A stretch of 64,000 bases of DNA from assembly GCF_009834535.1 (NCBI RefSeq), contig NC_045697.1:13580001-13644000 (forward strand), written 5' to 3'. This DNA is from Camelus ferus (lineage: Eukaryota). The first letter of the stretch is position 1. The number at the start of each line of letters is the position of its first letter. Position numbers and translations under genes: made by a program. Shown here piece by piece: positions 1 to 14,424 of the stretch. Below the pieces are notes generated by a model that was not told the DNA's origin, searched no databases, and saw only the letters and a list, made by a program, of their open reading frames with translations.

Positions 1-429
1 ATTGTAATTTACATAAGTAGAACAAGAGAAAATCCTTACTTCGTTTCTTATACAAGCTACAAATGGGTTAAGGACTTGATTTTAAGTGAAGGAAATAGGG
101 TTTCAGAAATCCTGCTGACTTCAGGTCTACTGGAAAGGCTTACTGTTTTGCTATATCTGGCTCAGTGAGGTAAGAAACTGACAAGAGAAACCTTCCCACC
201 AACAATGTGCCTCATTCTCATTGTAACTTTTTAATGTAAAGTCAGAGGGTTATGGGTGAGAGAGATATAAACACATACGCTCAGTCTACCATTTTAAACT
301 GGAACCTTCTCATTCTACCGCCTTCATGGAGGGCCTGTGAACATGAGTGATATTGTACTGTAAGGGATCCCATCCAGTGCAAAACTAGAGTTCTCTCCCT
401 GGAATTACTAGGTGGTATCAGTGCAGTTT

Positions 430-1760
430 CATATTCAATATTTCAAATGATGATTTGTTCACCACAATCTTGAGAGACTTGTTCCATTGTTAAGAAATTC
501 TAATATTTAGATGGTATTTTTACACTAGTTATTCAGACTTCTTGCTATTGTTCCTAGATTATCCCCCAAATTTTTATTCATATCTTGTATATTTAATCTT
601 TTTCAGACTATGTTTGTTATAAAGAATGAGAAAGGGATCTTTTTGTTTTACTCTCTAAATGGTTACCTTGTTGTTTATTTTCCTAAGTTTTCCAGAAGTA
701 AATGATCTCTATAGTGATCGTATCTGCTCTGCTGCAATTCTTATTCTTGGTCCATTTGTCTTGTCTAATTGCGTTGGCTAATAATATGGCAAATAATTCA
801 TCAGCAACGTAAAACACAAGATTCCTTCAAGCATGAGACACTGTTGACTTTAAAATATATCATGAATTTACCTACTACTAAGATAGAAAAACTTATGTCA
901 GTAAAACTGTGACAGATTATTTAGACATCATTTATTTCAAGGCACATTTCACATTAAAAATGTGAACAGGTTTAAAATGTGCATATTAGAACAGAATAGA
1001 ATGGATGCTGGTCATAGTGGGCATTATGATTATTTCATTTTTTGGACTTTGAAAAGATTATGTCCAGTGTTTCAAGTAGTATGACATTTGTTTTTTGGCT
1101 CAGTTATGACTGTATATGTGAGTGTGTGTGTGAATGTATACACATACATATTTTTTTAAGAATTCACTGACTACTATGTTATTGCATGTTTTACCTAAAA
1201 CAGATATTCAATTTCTTCTCAGCATTTATGAAAATTATCATATGATCTTTTTCTTTTATTTATTTCAGTGATTACATTTTTTTCTAGAATCTCTGCTTGG
1301 TTCTTTATGCCCCCCTCAAAAAAATCAATCTCTTTTTTTAAAAAATTATATATTGTTATTACTTTAGGAATATGTTAGTACTTTAGCTTCTTTTACAATT
1401 CTAATGTATTTATTTTAAAATTCAGTTCAGAGTGCCCATTTATCTTTAGTTCTGCAAACATGAATTCTTCCACTTGGAATAAGATGACAATCTCTGGTTG
1501 TGGATTTTCTTGGATGCAGAGTTATTCTGTCTGTTATTGCATTAAGTGGAGATTTTCTCTCATGAGAATCCCATGTTTTCCCCAGCTTTTGGAGACATCC
1601 TTAAGAAATGCTTTTTAATATCTCTACAAAATTTTTACAGGCATTTCTATTTTCAGGCCAGTTTTAGATTAGTTTCCAAGCTTGAGGTTTTCACACTGCA
1701 TAAATGATTTGAGGTTCCATACACATATGTGGTTTTGCTGGGTGTTCTGACTTCTCCTCA
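430..1760 (-). mobile_element. Highly diverged L1 (L1ME-like) fragments
   Basis: T-rich decayed L1 antisense motifs (TCTTGTCTAATTGCGTTGGCTA; TCTCAGCATTTATGAAAATTATCATATGAT). Confidence 0.5.
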
Positions 1761-3060
1761 GGATGGTTTCCATTAGTGGCTCAGGGGTAAGGCTTACTAC
1801 CAGGCCAGAATCCTAGGCTGGTGAGTGGGGATTTTTGGATTCCAAAGAGGGAATAACATCCTCTTAGATTTGAGGACCATGGAAGGATTCCACATCAAAT
1901 TCCATACATATGTGAAGCTGGGTCCTCAACACTCGAGCTTGCTTTATTATGAACATTGAATAAGGTATAGCCAGGGTTAGCAACTAGCCAGTACACAGTA
2001 CCAGTTGTTAAAATATTAAAACAGTCCCGTATCTTTAGCCATCCTAATCTTCCCAGTCCCTTCATTGGAAAATCCTCTTGGGTCTCCACACTATGCTGTT
2101 GGAAATAAACCAGTCTCCAACTTAACTCAGAGTAAGCCCAGCTTCTGATTTGATGCTATACCAATTGTTAAATATTTGCTATATTCTAAGTAAGATCAAC
2201 CAAAAGTCCTCACTAATATTATGATTTCTATTCCACTTCCATGTCAAGTATAGATTCCCTTTTTTTTTCTAGTCTCTAATCTCCTTTTTGTCTTCAAGAT
2301 TCTACAATTATCTTTAGATCCTTTCAAATAAACAAGTCTGTGTTCATGAATTATTTGAAATATGGCTTCCATACTCAGCATTACATATGAAACTTAAAAA
2401 TTCTAGTTAAAATATAAATACTTTCAAATTTTTGTTCATTGGCCAGAAACAGCATTATAATTTGAGGAAGCAGTCTGGATACTTTTTAAATCTCATTTTC
2501 TATAAACAAGGAGGTTTCATTACTTTAGTAACTCATAATATCACATCTGAAGGGGACAATGTGATTCTGAAGCATCATCAATGTCAAACCCGATTCAGAC
2601 AATTTTTATGGGAAGTCTATTCCATACGCTACATTCACAATACAAATGCATCAATTCATTGCTATCTTTCCTCATTCTAATTTAAGAATTATAGAAAGAA
2701 TTAATTACATTGCTATTTCTGCTCTTCATTTGTGTATTTTCTTATAATTCCTTATTAATTAAGCAGTACATTAACTGTGTCATAATGTAGGCAGTAATTA
2801 ATTTTAGTTTACTATCTGGGAGACCTCTGCGTTCTCTCGCTTTCTGTGGGATGGTGAAAATAGCTGGTAGCAATTTTTTCAATTTCCTATGACCTTCCGT
2901 ATAACTTCTGACTCTCCATCAAGTTGTCAGAGTAATATAAAATCTTATCTTTTCACTTTGCCTACATTTTCAGGGAAAGCCTTTGCTTAGAGCGCATAGC
3001 CCATGTTAATATTTATTTTGGTCATAAATATATGTTTTCATTGTTGCTTTGTTGTTGCTC

Positions 3061-3064
<4 letters not shown>

Positions 3065-3100
<36 letters not shown>
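3065..3100. repeat. (TG)n microsatellite
   Basis: Uninterrupted TG run. Confidence 0.97.
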
Positions 3101-3101
<1 letters not shown>

Positions 3102-3359
3102 TGTGGTGTGTGAAGGCAGAACCGTACAAAGTTACAGAATTATATATGTTGACTATAACAACTGCCTTAACCTTTATCTATACAACAGAATAAAATCAAA
3201 GGGTTAAATGAATTTGTTTGCGTTTTTAGTAATTTGGAGAAATATACCTTTGTAAGATATGTAATGACTAGAATAACCAACAAACTAGCACTGCTATCTC
3301 CACATGGTTCTGGCACTACTAGTGCCTTTTGGAAAGTTATGCCATAAATCAGAAAAAAA

Positions 3360-3595
3360 TATCAGGTTTTATTGAGCATCTAATATCCTGGCACTCCAAG
3401 AAACTTTATCTAAATTTTATCACACTCTTCAGAACAACAAATTAGGGACTAATATGACAATTTTACAGATAAGGAAACTAAGAATCCAAAAGGTTAAATA
3501 ACTTACTCAAGGTGATATAATTTGCATTTGGCTACATCAGGATTTAAGCCCAGGGTAGTAGGACTCTAAAATGTGTCCTCTTTCCATTACACAAA
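3360..3595 (-). mobile_element. MIR SINE
   Basis: Core ATTTTACAGATAAGGAAACTAAG..AGGTTAAATAACTTACTCAAGGT. Confidence 0.8.
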
Positions 3596-4599
3596 ACTGA
3601 TTATAAACTAGGTATCAGGAAACCTACTTATTTCCAAGCACGTTCCACTTTTATGAGAAATCTTTGGCCTTTACATTGCTTTTTTTCTGGAGGAATATTC
3701 TCATCTCCTTCATTACCTTCTCAATATTCTATCGAGAATGGTAAATCAAGCCATTTGACTTGGGAAAAAATAACCACATATTATTCCCATGATCCACTAA
3801 TTTCAATAGAGTGTGGATCAGGTTTTCAAATTTTCCACATAAATCATTCTATCTTGGCACATACCTCCTGCCTAAACTGATTGGACAGGCTCTTTCCGGC
3901 AAGATTCCGATTACAACATTTTCCCTATGGCCCTCAGTTTCCAACTTTTTTGACGTGTTTTCTTTAATTTGGCCATAATGTCTTGGAATCTACACTGACT
4001 CATTATGACTGACACTCTTTCTTCCATGGACTGCTTTTCTTCTGTACAATTGTAACTTGACATCTATTTAAGAGCTCTTAACCCACTGTTATTTAAGTTT
4101 AGATCACCTACGTGAATTAAACTATTGGAACAAGAATGACACATTCACATGATCCCTCCACCAGACAACATTGGCTATGTCTGAATTCACCAATCCTGAT
4201 TATTTAAATGCTTTGCTGCTTCAGAAAAATAACAAAGTGCAAAATCACCTCTATTACTGAATACTGTATTTATTTTTTTCATTCACCACACATGTACTGA
4301 GCACCTACTGAATGCTGGATATTATGCTAGAATCAAGGCATACAAAGGCATGGTTCTTGTCCTCAAGAAACTGAATTCTAGTGGAGGAGACAAGTAAATT
4401 CAGATAGAACTATAAGATATATTAAACACCAAAATACCATCCCAACATCATTGTCCTCCAGGCCCCCTTTTCCCTCTTCATGCATTCCTTCTCAGTTTCT
4501 TTTGCTGGCTCAGCTCCTTTTGTCTTCCCTGGAACTTCTGTATGACTCAGGGCTCCGCCCTCAGCCAGATCTCTCCTCACCCTTCACACTCCCTTTGAG

Positions 4600-5620
4600 G
4601 GTTCATTTCCACCCTTGTCTCTTTACAGATGAATTGCAAATGATGCTTTCTTGGTACCTGCACCTTGTCCCATAGACTTCTCAAATGGAAGACCAAAATG
4701 GAGCTCATCATCCTTCCACAAAACCTGCTCCCCAGTGATATGACCAATTTTGGTGACTGGGGCCATCTCTTCCGGTTTCATCCACCTTAGTAACTAGTAT
4801 TTAAGCCAACTCAGAAACCATCCTTGATGCCTTCCTGTCTCTAGCAACCAATATCCAGTCACCAAGTCCTACCAACTATACTTGCTGAACTTCGAGAATC
4901 CATTCTCTTGCCTTATTTTAGAAGAGTCATCATCATCTTGTGATCAGACCCCTACAACAACCAAAATAGTCTTTCTTCTTTCCCCTCTTCAATCCATAAT
5001 CTATACTATTAATAGAGTAATATTTAAAACTCCAAATTAAGTAACATTTCTACTTAAAACCCTTCAATGGTATCTCATCACCCTTTTATCTAAACTGAAC
5101 ACAAATTTGACAGTTTTCGATTATCTGACCTTGGATTACCTGTCCAGCACTCAGTGGTCCTGAGAATGGTCCACCATTCTTAATCTTTCTATCCCACAAA
5201 AAAAGTGGAACTTATTTTAATTCCTTTTTTTCCCTCCAGACCATAATTCATGTTATTTTTTCTGCTAAAACATTCTCCCCTCTCTCCCATTTTACTGCCC
5301 CTTTTGACTAAACAGATTTTAACCTTTAGTTCTCAGTTTCAATGTTTTTGATATCTTTCAGGAAATGTTTGATCTTCCAATACTGTTTAAATTACCATCC
5401 TACAGATTCTGATAGCACTCCATTCTTACATTTAGGGATAGCACTAAAAATATTGCATTATTGTTGTCACTTCTCTCTTTTCCCTAGCAGATTTTAACTG
5501 GTACAAGACAGAAATTGTGTTCTTATTCATTCTTTATTTCTGGAAAATTTTTATTAAGATGGCAAGCATTCTGATAATAAATGTTGAGGAAACAAATGGA
5601 TATATAGATGGACAGATGAT
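4600..5620 (+). mobile_element. L2 fragment
   Basis: CTCATCATCCTTCC..CATCCTTGATGCCTTCCTGTCTCT..CTTAAAACCCTTCAATGG, ending in an ATAAATGTTGA/(GGAT)n tail. Confidence 0.7.
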
Positions 5621-5707
5621 TGGATGGATGGTGAATCTTCTTCCTGAGCAGGAGAGTTGAGAAAAAAGAATCAACAATTAAAGTGTGTCTTGAAGAATGA
5701 CAGTGTT

Positions 5708-5826
5708 GGGGTGGGTGGTAATAGCTCAGTGATAGAGCACATGCTTAGCATGCATGAGGTCCTGGTTTCAACCTCCAGTACCTCTATAAAAAAATAATAA
5801 AAATAAAATAAAATTTATTTCAAGAA
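5708..5826 (+). mobile_element. tRNA-derived SINE (camelid Vic-1-like)
   Basis: A box TAGCTCAGTGATAGAGC, B box GGTTTCAACC, A-rich tail, imperfect flanking duplication AAGA(A/T)TGACA. Confidence 0.85.
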
Positions 5827-6469
5827 AAGATTGACAAGTTTCCTAAGGTAAAAGGGAGAGAAGACTTGTCAGCAAGAAATTAGCAAAAGGCCTGGCAGTG
5901 AATGAATGATATACTTCATTAAGAATGAAATTTCTGCACTACTGAAGCTTTTTTACTTTACTCTTTTAAGTAATAGAAAAAACTATGTGACCAGTTAATG
6001 AATGGTCTTAAATATATCAATAAGGTTAGACTTTGTCTTAACAGTATATATAGTAAATACAGAGAGGCATCATTGTTATTTAAAAATAATAATATTTATT
6101 GAGCATTTACCATATGTTAGGCCCTCTTCTAAGTGTTTTAGATGTTAATCCATTTAACACCACCAGATTCCCAAGTTTCAGCATACAATAGGCAAGACCT
6201 GGGGGTCAGTCTGCCACTTGACATAGACAATAAAGAAATGCATTATCAACTGCATATTTTAAAACAATTATATAAAACAGACTTTGATTATCATCATGAG
6301 TTGGCAATTATAAATAATTCCAGTGATAAAATACTATTTCCTGGAAGCTATCATTTGTTGTTTTTAAATCCTATAATTGCTGGTTACTGTGATTTTGAGT
6401 AGCTTCCATTATTTTATATGATCACTTGAAATTTTATTTAATTTAAAATGTAAAACAATCAAACACATT

Positions 6470-6616
6470 GAAGGAGGGTGTAGCTCAGTGGCAAAGTGTG
6501 TGCTTAGCATGCACAAGATCCTGCATTCAATCCCCAGTACCTCTATTGAAATAAATAAATATATAAACATATTTACCTCCCTCCCAAAAAAATGAATAAA
6601 TTAATTTTTTTAAAAA
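6470..6616 (+). mobile_element. tRNA-derived SINE (camelid Vic-1-like)
   Basis: GGAGGGTGTAGCTCAGTGG..GCTTAGCATGCAC..TTCAATCCCCAGTACCTC with an AT-rich tail; AATCAAACA on both sides. Confidence 0.85.
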
Positions 6617-8306
6617 AATCAAACAGTGCAAAATGCAAGATGTACTTTTTGCTTAGTAAGAGCAAATTTTAGTTCACACATGAAATATTTTACCAAATTT
6701 GAATAACATGCTTAGAATTAAAATTTCTTACTCCTATTTTATTGTTATTCAGTTGTTCGTCATTGTAGGAGATCAATATAATAGGTATGTGTTTTTTAAT
6801 CCAAAACTATAAAGATATAATTAAAATTCTGAATCTGTTACTTTTTTAATATAATATGTATTGCATATTTTTAGTTTTTAATTTTGCTGGCGTAACTAAT
6901 ATACACAAAGTCCAATGAAAGAATATTATCACCATGTTTCTTTTCCAGCTATTCTTATTTATTCACTTTATTCCATCATTATTAATGAAAATAATTTTAT
7001 AATGATATTCTCACAAAATGATTCACTCTGGATATCAAATATGTTAAGTGTATCTCTGAAAAACTCTTAAGGTGGGTGCATATATTATCCCCATTTTTAC
7101 AGATGAGAAAACCTGAATGAAAGCTGGCAAGTGACAGAGTCAGATTTGTGTGTGAGGGAGATGACTCTAGCTCAGAGGAGACCAGTTAGAAGACAGTCTT
7201 AAAATTCTACCCTGGGGGCTTAGTGTGGAGCGGATGGCTTCTTTGAAGGGGCCCAGTGGTTTCTGCATGGTGGAATGACTTGCAAGTTGTTCCATGAACA
7301 GTTCTTGCTAATGTTCACAAACAAGAAGGTTTCTAGTTTATTGTTCCCTCTGGAATAAAACTGATGAATAAATCTCACCTCTAGGGAGAGCACTGCTTCT
7401 AGTGATTACCAGGCCAAAGTCATAAAAATGAAATATTGTAATTTCAGAGTCACAACACTGATTTCCTAATGGTGATCCTGTTCCTGATTTGATATAAATT
7501 TAATGAGGCAACTTTCAGAGCATAATATGATATGCAGGAAAATATTAGTAGTTGCTATGCTGACCTGTGTTACACCGTTAAGGAAAAAGTCTCCATATAA
7601 AGTCAACAATAGCAGATTTCACTCCTCTTCCTGGATTGTTACTGGCAGAACATGAAATGACCAGTTAAGGTTCTCCCTCTAACAATGTTATCCTCCTGCA
7701 TTATGAGAACTTCACGCCACATTTGTCTTTATTATTATCCAAATAGCAGGTTATTGCTGGATGTTTCTATAGCTCCCCATACCCGGCCTCCCTTCCTGCA
7801 GCTGGACAGGAGACAAGGCAAACAGAAAGTGGGACTTAACAGTTTAAGATTCAGATCCCTCAGTCAGTTTGAAAACTCTGATTCATTTCTGATTCTGTTG
7901 GGTTTGTTTTTCTTATCCATAAAACAATGCATTATGTTGCTTTTTTCCTTGAACTTTTCCATTGTTGTAAATCTCGGGGGCAAAATGAGCTAAATTGCTT
8001 TATATTTCACTCACAATATATGCGTATTACTTCAAGCTTTACATGAAGAGTGGAATGACAGATTTGGGGGGGGAGCGGGGCAAGAGCCTTTAAGTGATAG
8101 AAATGATACCATATAGACTGTTGAAGCCCAGGATTGGCTGAACATTTACCCAGAGACTGTTGCTCTTTGGCAAGCCTTCGGCCTTTCAGTCCATCCAGTA
8201 TTAGAATTTCTGCTGAGAATGGAGAACAAAACACACATCTGGGTCAGTTATGGAGACGGATCCTCTGTGAGGTAGGACCTCTCTCCAGGGTACTGAGACC
8301 ACTGAT

Positions 8307-8520
8307 TTATTTTATTTTATTTATTTTTATTAAAGTATAGTCAAGTTTACAATGTTGTGCCAATTTCTGGCATATAGAATGCTGATTCAGCTTTAATATA
8401 CATACACATATATATACATACACATATTTCTTTTCATAGTCTTTTTCATTATAGGCTATAACAAGATATTGCATATAGTACCCTGTGCTATACAGTAACT
8501 CCTTGTTTTCATCTACTTAT
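8307..8520 (-). mobile_element. L1 3'-end fragment
   Basis: T-rich tail then TATTAAAGTATAGTCAAGTTTACAATGTTGTG..CCCTGTGCTATACAG. Confidence 0.85.
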
Positions 8521-9454
8521 TTTAAACAAGCCAAGCTATAGATCTTCATTTGCTGTTAATTATTCTGGATGATTACTTTTTCACAATTAATTCCATACTA
8601 CTTTAAGTATAAAGGTGTCATTGTGAGGAAAGGGTGACAAGAACAGCTTCTTTCCGGGGATATATCAAAAGAAAATGAACATGAATATGGGGAGAAAAAA
8701 ATGATTTGATTCATATTCCAAAACTTGTATTTTTCTGGGTCCATGTTTATCATCATCGGGAAACTACCCAGGGAAGTATTATGAACAAGTAGATCGTAAG
8801 GCAAAGGATTTTCGTCGAGCCCTTATAATTGTATAAGTGGACGTAAGATAAGCAGAATGTTCTCCCCATGGAAGAGTGGGGGTGGGGAGTTGAAAAAGAA
8901 CAATTATCTGCGATCATGAAGAATTTTTTTTACCAAATATCAGAGCGATTCTTGAGGGTCACAAAGTTTGACCTAGCCAGCAGCCAGCAATGTATGTTTC
9001 AGCATACACTGAAAATTAAGTATTTTATGCAAAACGTATTTGCAAGGCAAACTTTCAAAAAAACAATGAAGCCACCCACAAGGTGAGCATTTTTAAGTTT
9101 GTGATATGTATCTAGCACACTGCTGACATTTAATCCTCCGTAAACTTCAGTTTAATGACTTTACCATCCCTCTGAGAGATGTCTACACAAGCCATCTAAC
9201 GCAGTGATTTTCCCTGAGTTGAAGAGAGAGTGAGGCAGGGTGTATTAGAATTCCCTGAAAGGTGTTTTCAAGCTACACACCCTTAGTGTAATCCAATATG
9301 CCCACCCTCAGGTGTTTGAGGCATGTAGCCCGCCAGGGGCCTGAATCAGTACAGGAAAAGGGAGGGCCTGGAGAGCTGAGACGACAATGCCTAATGTAAC
9401 TCCCCTAGCTGGCCGGATGTCCAGACATCCAGCCCACAGTTCCTGAGACAGTAC

Positions 9455-9730
9455 TGTATGAAGCTCTGAGCATGGACCATGGAGCCAGACAACCTGGGTC
9501 CAAATCCCAGTTCTGCCTCATGTTTACTGCACGATGTTTGGTCATTTACTTAGACCCTCAATAATTCAATTGTCTTGAATTTTACTGGCGATGATACTAG
9601 AAATTATCCATCATGTGTGTAGCATGCATGTATATGTGTATGTGATAAATGATGGGAGGGAGCTGGCTAACTAGCTAGATAAAAACAATGCCTGGCAAAA
9701 GGAGGTGCTGTATAACAGTTAGCTGTCACT
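9455..9730 (+). mobile_element. MIR SINE
   Basis: GGAGCCAGACAACCTGGGTCCAAATCCCAGTTCTGCC..AACAATGCCTGGCA. Confidence 0.75.
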
Positions 9731-9989
9731 ATTAAGTTCAAGTCCAGGTGAAAAACCTATAACTAGGAACTGTATTTGGGGCTGGGGGGGAATAGAAGGT
9801 CATGGCCTCGGCACAGGTGGAGAAAGAGCAAAAGGAAGGTTGTTTATCACAGTCAGGACAAGCCTTCCTGCCCTTTTGCAAAATACCAGTTTGAAGACCA
9901 AATAGCTCTTAGAAGTGTTCTGCTCATTTCTATTTTTTTTAAGTTTGACTTTCTTGTTACCATTATAAAATTGGGAGATTTCACATTAA

Positions 9990-11360
9990 TATGCACATCA
10001 GTTGACACTTCACTTCGTCCTCTGTTATTCATTCTGCTTGGCTTCCACAGTACACCCTCAGGGTCTTTTTCTCCTTCATTGGCTGTTCCTTTTCACACCG
10101 TTGCTGACCCCTAAATACAGAAGTACCCAAGGCTTAGTCTTTGGACCTCTTCTCATCTCCATTTACAATCATTTCTTTGTGGAGACCACACAGTCCCAAG
10201 ACTTTGAATATCATCCATGCCCTGATGGCTCCCAAATGTAGTTTGATCTTCCCAACAGCACCACCCCCATACTTCAGTCTCCCATCTAGTTTCCTACTTG
10301 GCAGCTCCACGTGCATGTCCTTTAGGTAACTGTTCTAGTCCATCTTTATGTAGAAAGATGATTCTGTGCAAGAATTAAAATGCAAGCCTGGGGCAGTGGT
10401 GATGAGAGAAAAAGGAAGTGATGTAAGAGAATAAAGTGAAGCATTTCTGCACTGGTCACCTCAGAACAATGTGCCACAGAGAGACATGGCAAACTCTTAA
10501 GTAGGCTTCTTTATTCCACATCCAGGGAAGGTTACAAGAAAGAATTATAGTGTAGAGTAGTCTAGGGGAGAGAGAAATCTGCCTGGCTCCCTCCAGGCAA
10601 TTCTCTTTAACTTCTGTCCTTTTGGTGGACTCTCAGGGTGCTATCATCCAAGTGTTTAGATATGACCTGTTGGTTCATCCAAGGTCAAAAATGGAAGGAT
10701 GTTATAGCATAGGTAGGGGACAGCCAGGAACAGGGAAGAAGGAAGAAGAAGCCAGTCGAGGGCACCTGAGAAAGTGCACAGGTTTGGGCTCCAGCCCATC
10801 ATCCTGAAATTAACCTGCCCCAGCTTATCTTCTCTCTTGAACACCTCCTTTCTCAAACGGATGACTTCAAACTCATTCTCTGTCTCAGTTGCAGAGAGCT
10901 CCAAATGTGCCTGGGGATCACATTTGTTTTCTTTCTTTCTGACACATTCCCCATCTAATCTCACAGCCAGACCTCACAGCTCTGCCTTCTAAATACAGTC
11001 AAGAGCTGGAGCACTGACTTAGGGCTGTGCCCTGGCTATTTCCTTTGTGAAAATGACTTCCTTCTCTGCCCATATATGGCTCCCTTCCTTACCTATCTCA
11101 GATCCTGCTCAAATATCACATCCTCGGTAAAGCCTTCCCTGACCATCTATTTAAAATGAAGCCTCCGATTTCTCCAGCACTTTCTCACTTCTCACCATCT
11201 GATGGTACGTGATTTAATTATTCATTATCCATGGTTCTAGATGACTATAATAGCAATGAGGGCAACATTTTTGTCTGTTGTGTTCATTGTTATATTCTCA
11301 CCACCTAGAACAGTTTTCTGGATCCGAGGAGGTTTGCAATAAGGATTTGGATGATTCCCA
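9990..11360 (+). mobile_element. L2 fragments
   Basis: Pyrimidine-rich L2 ORF2 remnants and 3' end (AAGCCTTCCCTGACCA; GAGGGCA..CACCTAGAACAG). Confidence 0.65.
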
Positions 11361-13639
11361 ACATCTCTTCAACATAAAGTAAAGGTCCCAGTCTTGCCTG
11401 GCCCACATTTTCATGTGAGAATCCTCAGCTGGAGGGAGTAGATCCATCTGCTAGCAACTGACTTTACTTGGATGCTTCACTTACAAGCCCCTGAATAAGC
11501 CCTGGACTTGAGTTGGAATCTTGAAGGGTTTTGCACTTCAAAGAAGATGACGGTGTCCTGACATGATGCCTCAAGCGTCTCCCTTATCCTGCTCGTTTTC
11601 ACCTCCTACTCCTTGGGTTGACCCGAGACAAGGGCAAATTTAAAAGTTCTCTGGAGAGGAAGAAATCACTTCTCACTTAGGGTCTGATCTGAAAGTGGCT
11701 CTTCATAAAGATACTTCTTGTGTAAAGTAATTAAATGCTTTTTCTATCCAACACCTACCTCTGTGGCAAGTTAAAGAGCATCACTGCTTCATCAGTTCAT
11801 CCCCATTCTGATCACTGCTCTTCCCACAGTATTCAATACTGCATGAGCACCAGAGAAATGTCACCCCAGAGCGCTCCCTGAGCACCAGACTCTTCGACCC
11901 ATCGGCCAGCTGCACACCGTCACCAGAATCTGTGCTCCAATGTTAACAAGCCCATAACAGAGCTCACGATCTTCCTCCCTCACACATGTTCTTCTTCCTT
12001 GGCATTTCCATCTTAGTGGTACCAAGTCTGCATGCTTGATACAAGCAAGACAAGACAATTGTCCTAGATGTAATCTCAATGAGGGCAACACTTTTTATAC
12101 ATCGTGTTTATGATTATATTCTCACCACCTAAAACAGTTCCCAGCACAGAGGAAGTTTGTAATAAAGATTTGAATGAGTTCCAATGTTCAAAGGCAAGAA
12201 AATTGGCATAAATTTTTCTCTCCAGCTTATCTCCAACTTCCAATTGGTCAAAGTTTTATTCCAAATAACCTTCCAAATAACTCCTGCTTATATTCCCCAA
12301 GTGTGTCTATGACGGCTTTAGTTTAGGGCTTACTTATTTTTTCCTTGCATAATTGTAGGCAGTGCCTACATGGTATCTTTACCGCTATCACTTTTAGCAT
12401 ATCAGCGTTAGTCTAAAACATATATATGTGTGTACACACACATATATATACTCCAAGATTCTAAATATTCTCTATAAAAAATCAAATTTGGGGGCCATAT
12501 GTGAATAACACTCAAGTTAAAATTTGGGATCAAACTGTGAGTATGCAGTGAAATCCTTCACATGTAATATTTGGGTACACTTGTTGAAACACTCCTGCGG
12601 GGCATAGCATCGCCACAACTTTTAGGTCAAAGTGAAAAAGGAAAGAAAAAAGAATAAAAGCTTGGAAATCACCTGAATGTTTATTCTGTGCAGTGATGCA
12701 CATCAAGGAATTTGAAAGCTTGAGGCACAATAAGGTTGTTTTCCAATTTGCCCCGGGGGCAGCAAGAGAGGAGACCAAAACCAGAACAAAGAAATCTGGG
12801 TGTCAGTGAAACTTCGAAACTCTTTCAAGGGGAATTATATTTCCTGACAACATATGTATTATATAAAGTAGAGATTTGATTGAAATTTGTACAGCATCCA
12901 TTTGAAAGTTAATAATTAGCTATCAGGAGAAATGACTCTTTTCAAAATTATAATACAATAGAATGTGTCATACTAAACCTTCAAGGAGTGTGTGAGTGGT
13001 TTTATTTTGTTTCAGGCTCACAGTTGACTTCAATATATAAACTCACCAAGCACTATAGCAGGGAAGCTTTTGTGCAAAATGAATGTAACACCAGGTCAGC
13101 ACCAGTCAATCACTGTTCAATAGACTTCCTTCAGATAATACAATGGGCTTCAAAATAATCCAAGAAAAACAGTGTGAGGCCATTTCTGCTGAAGGATTAT
13201 CCCATTGAGAGCTTAAATTTCACTTCTCTCTACACTCATTTTCACATTTGAATTTACAGTCAGTTTATAGGTTTCCTCCAAATAATGATTTAGATTTTGG
13301 GGAATATTATTGTTCAAGATCCTTTCATTGCATATAATATCTCCTTTGTATTGAAGAAAGTTCATCTCTTCTCCCAAGCTAGTAGTGTCTGACCTGGTAG
13401 CGTACAGCCCAATTGAACTAAAGACCTGATAAGCTCAGTCTATCAATTATTCATTTATTTTTTCATTCAGCCCAATAGTTAGTCAACACTATTTGCGCAG
13501 AACCATGGTGTATATTGTCCCCAAACATATTTTTTGATGGGAAACAAATAGAAATGGAAGTTTACAATTATACTCGGTACGGCAGGAATTGAATTGAAGT
13601 GGTACTCTCAAACACTGACAGTGGAAATCATGGCTTTTA

Positions 13640-14042
13640 TTGCTGATTCTCCTGTATCCAGTCCATTCTAAGTAACGAGTCAAGTCAGTTGTGCAATTCC
13701 AACTTCTCTTACAGGGATTGGTTGGGAATAAGCATGTGATCAATCTGGCCAATAACCAGTGAAGTGTGTGGAGGCTTCCGGGAAGACTTCCTTGTTGGCA
13801 CGGAAGGAGGCACTGTGCCTTACTGTGTCCAGGGGAGATACCTGAAGCTGTAGTAGCCACTTGGCTGCCTGCCTGAGTATGACGTCAACACCAAGAAAGG
13901 AGAAATGGAAAGAACATGGGTCCTTAATGCTCCTTATCAAGCAACTTCAGAGGCTGCCCTAGCTTGGGAATTTCTAATAGTTTATCTTCTAGTTTAATCC
14001 ATTCACAATGGTGCTTTGCTTGCAAGGAAACATCATAATACC
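13640..14042 (+). mobile_element. Old ERVL/MaLR LTR (LTR16/LTR33/MLT1-like)
   Basis: GGATTGGTTGGGAATAAGCATGTGATCAATCTGGCCAAT..CTTGCAAGGAAACATCATAATA. Confidence 0.6.
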
Positions 14043-14424
14043 ATGATTTGGTATTTTCCTCCAGCAGAGTGCATTGTCCATGTATGAATAATCTTAAAAT
14101 GCTTCTATACTTTGGCACATTTAAGTAGCATTCAGTGGATTTTTCCTGATTAAATAATCAGAAATGTCAATCAAGTTGTAAATATGGAAGCTTGCTATTA
14201 TCTTTTTATGATAGTTTAAATATGAAACAACATAAATAGTACATAAATGAAGAAATAGTTCAATTAAGCATATGAATCAATAGCGCATACAATTAGACAT
14301 TTATTAAAAACTAAGTTTTCAAAGAATATTCAGTGATATGGAGAATATTTGTAACATAATATCAAGTGAACACAAAAATATTACACTGAACACAAAATGA
14401 TTTACTAATGCTAAATCTAACTAT

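Noticed and set aside
5708..5790. tRNA genes here and at 6470 and 37888
   Set aside because: The tRNA-like heads lack a complete acceptor stem and carry A-rich tails and TSDs, so they are SINEs.
7400..8250. Repeat-poor stretch with CArG-like (CCATATAAAG) and E-box (CAGCTG) motifs
   Set aside because: Short, imperfect motifs cannot establish an enhancer without conservation or chromatin data.
11484..11620. Minus-strand open frame ending at a GTAAGT donor (EVKTSRIRETLEASCQDTVIFF..)
   Set aside because: Weak acceptor, unrecognised peptide, no linked exons.
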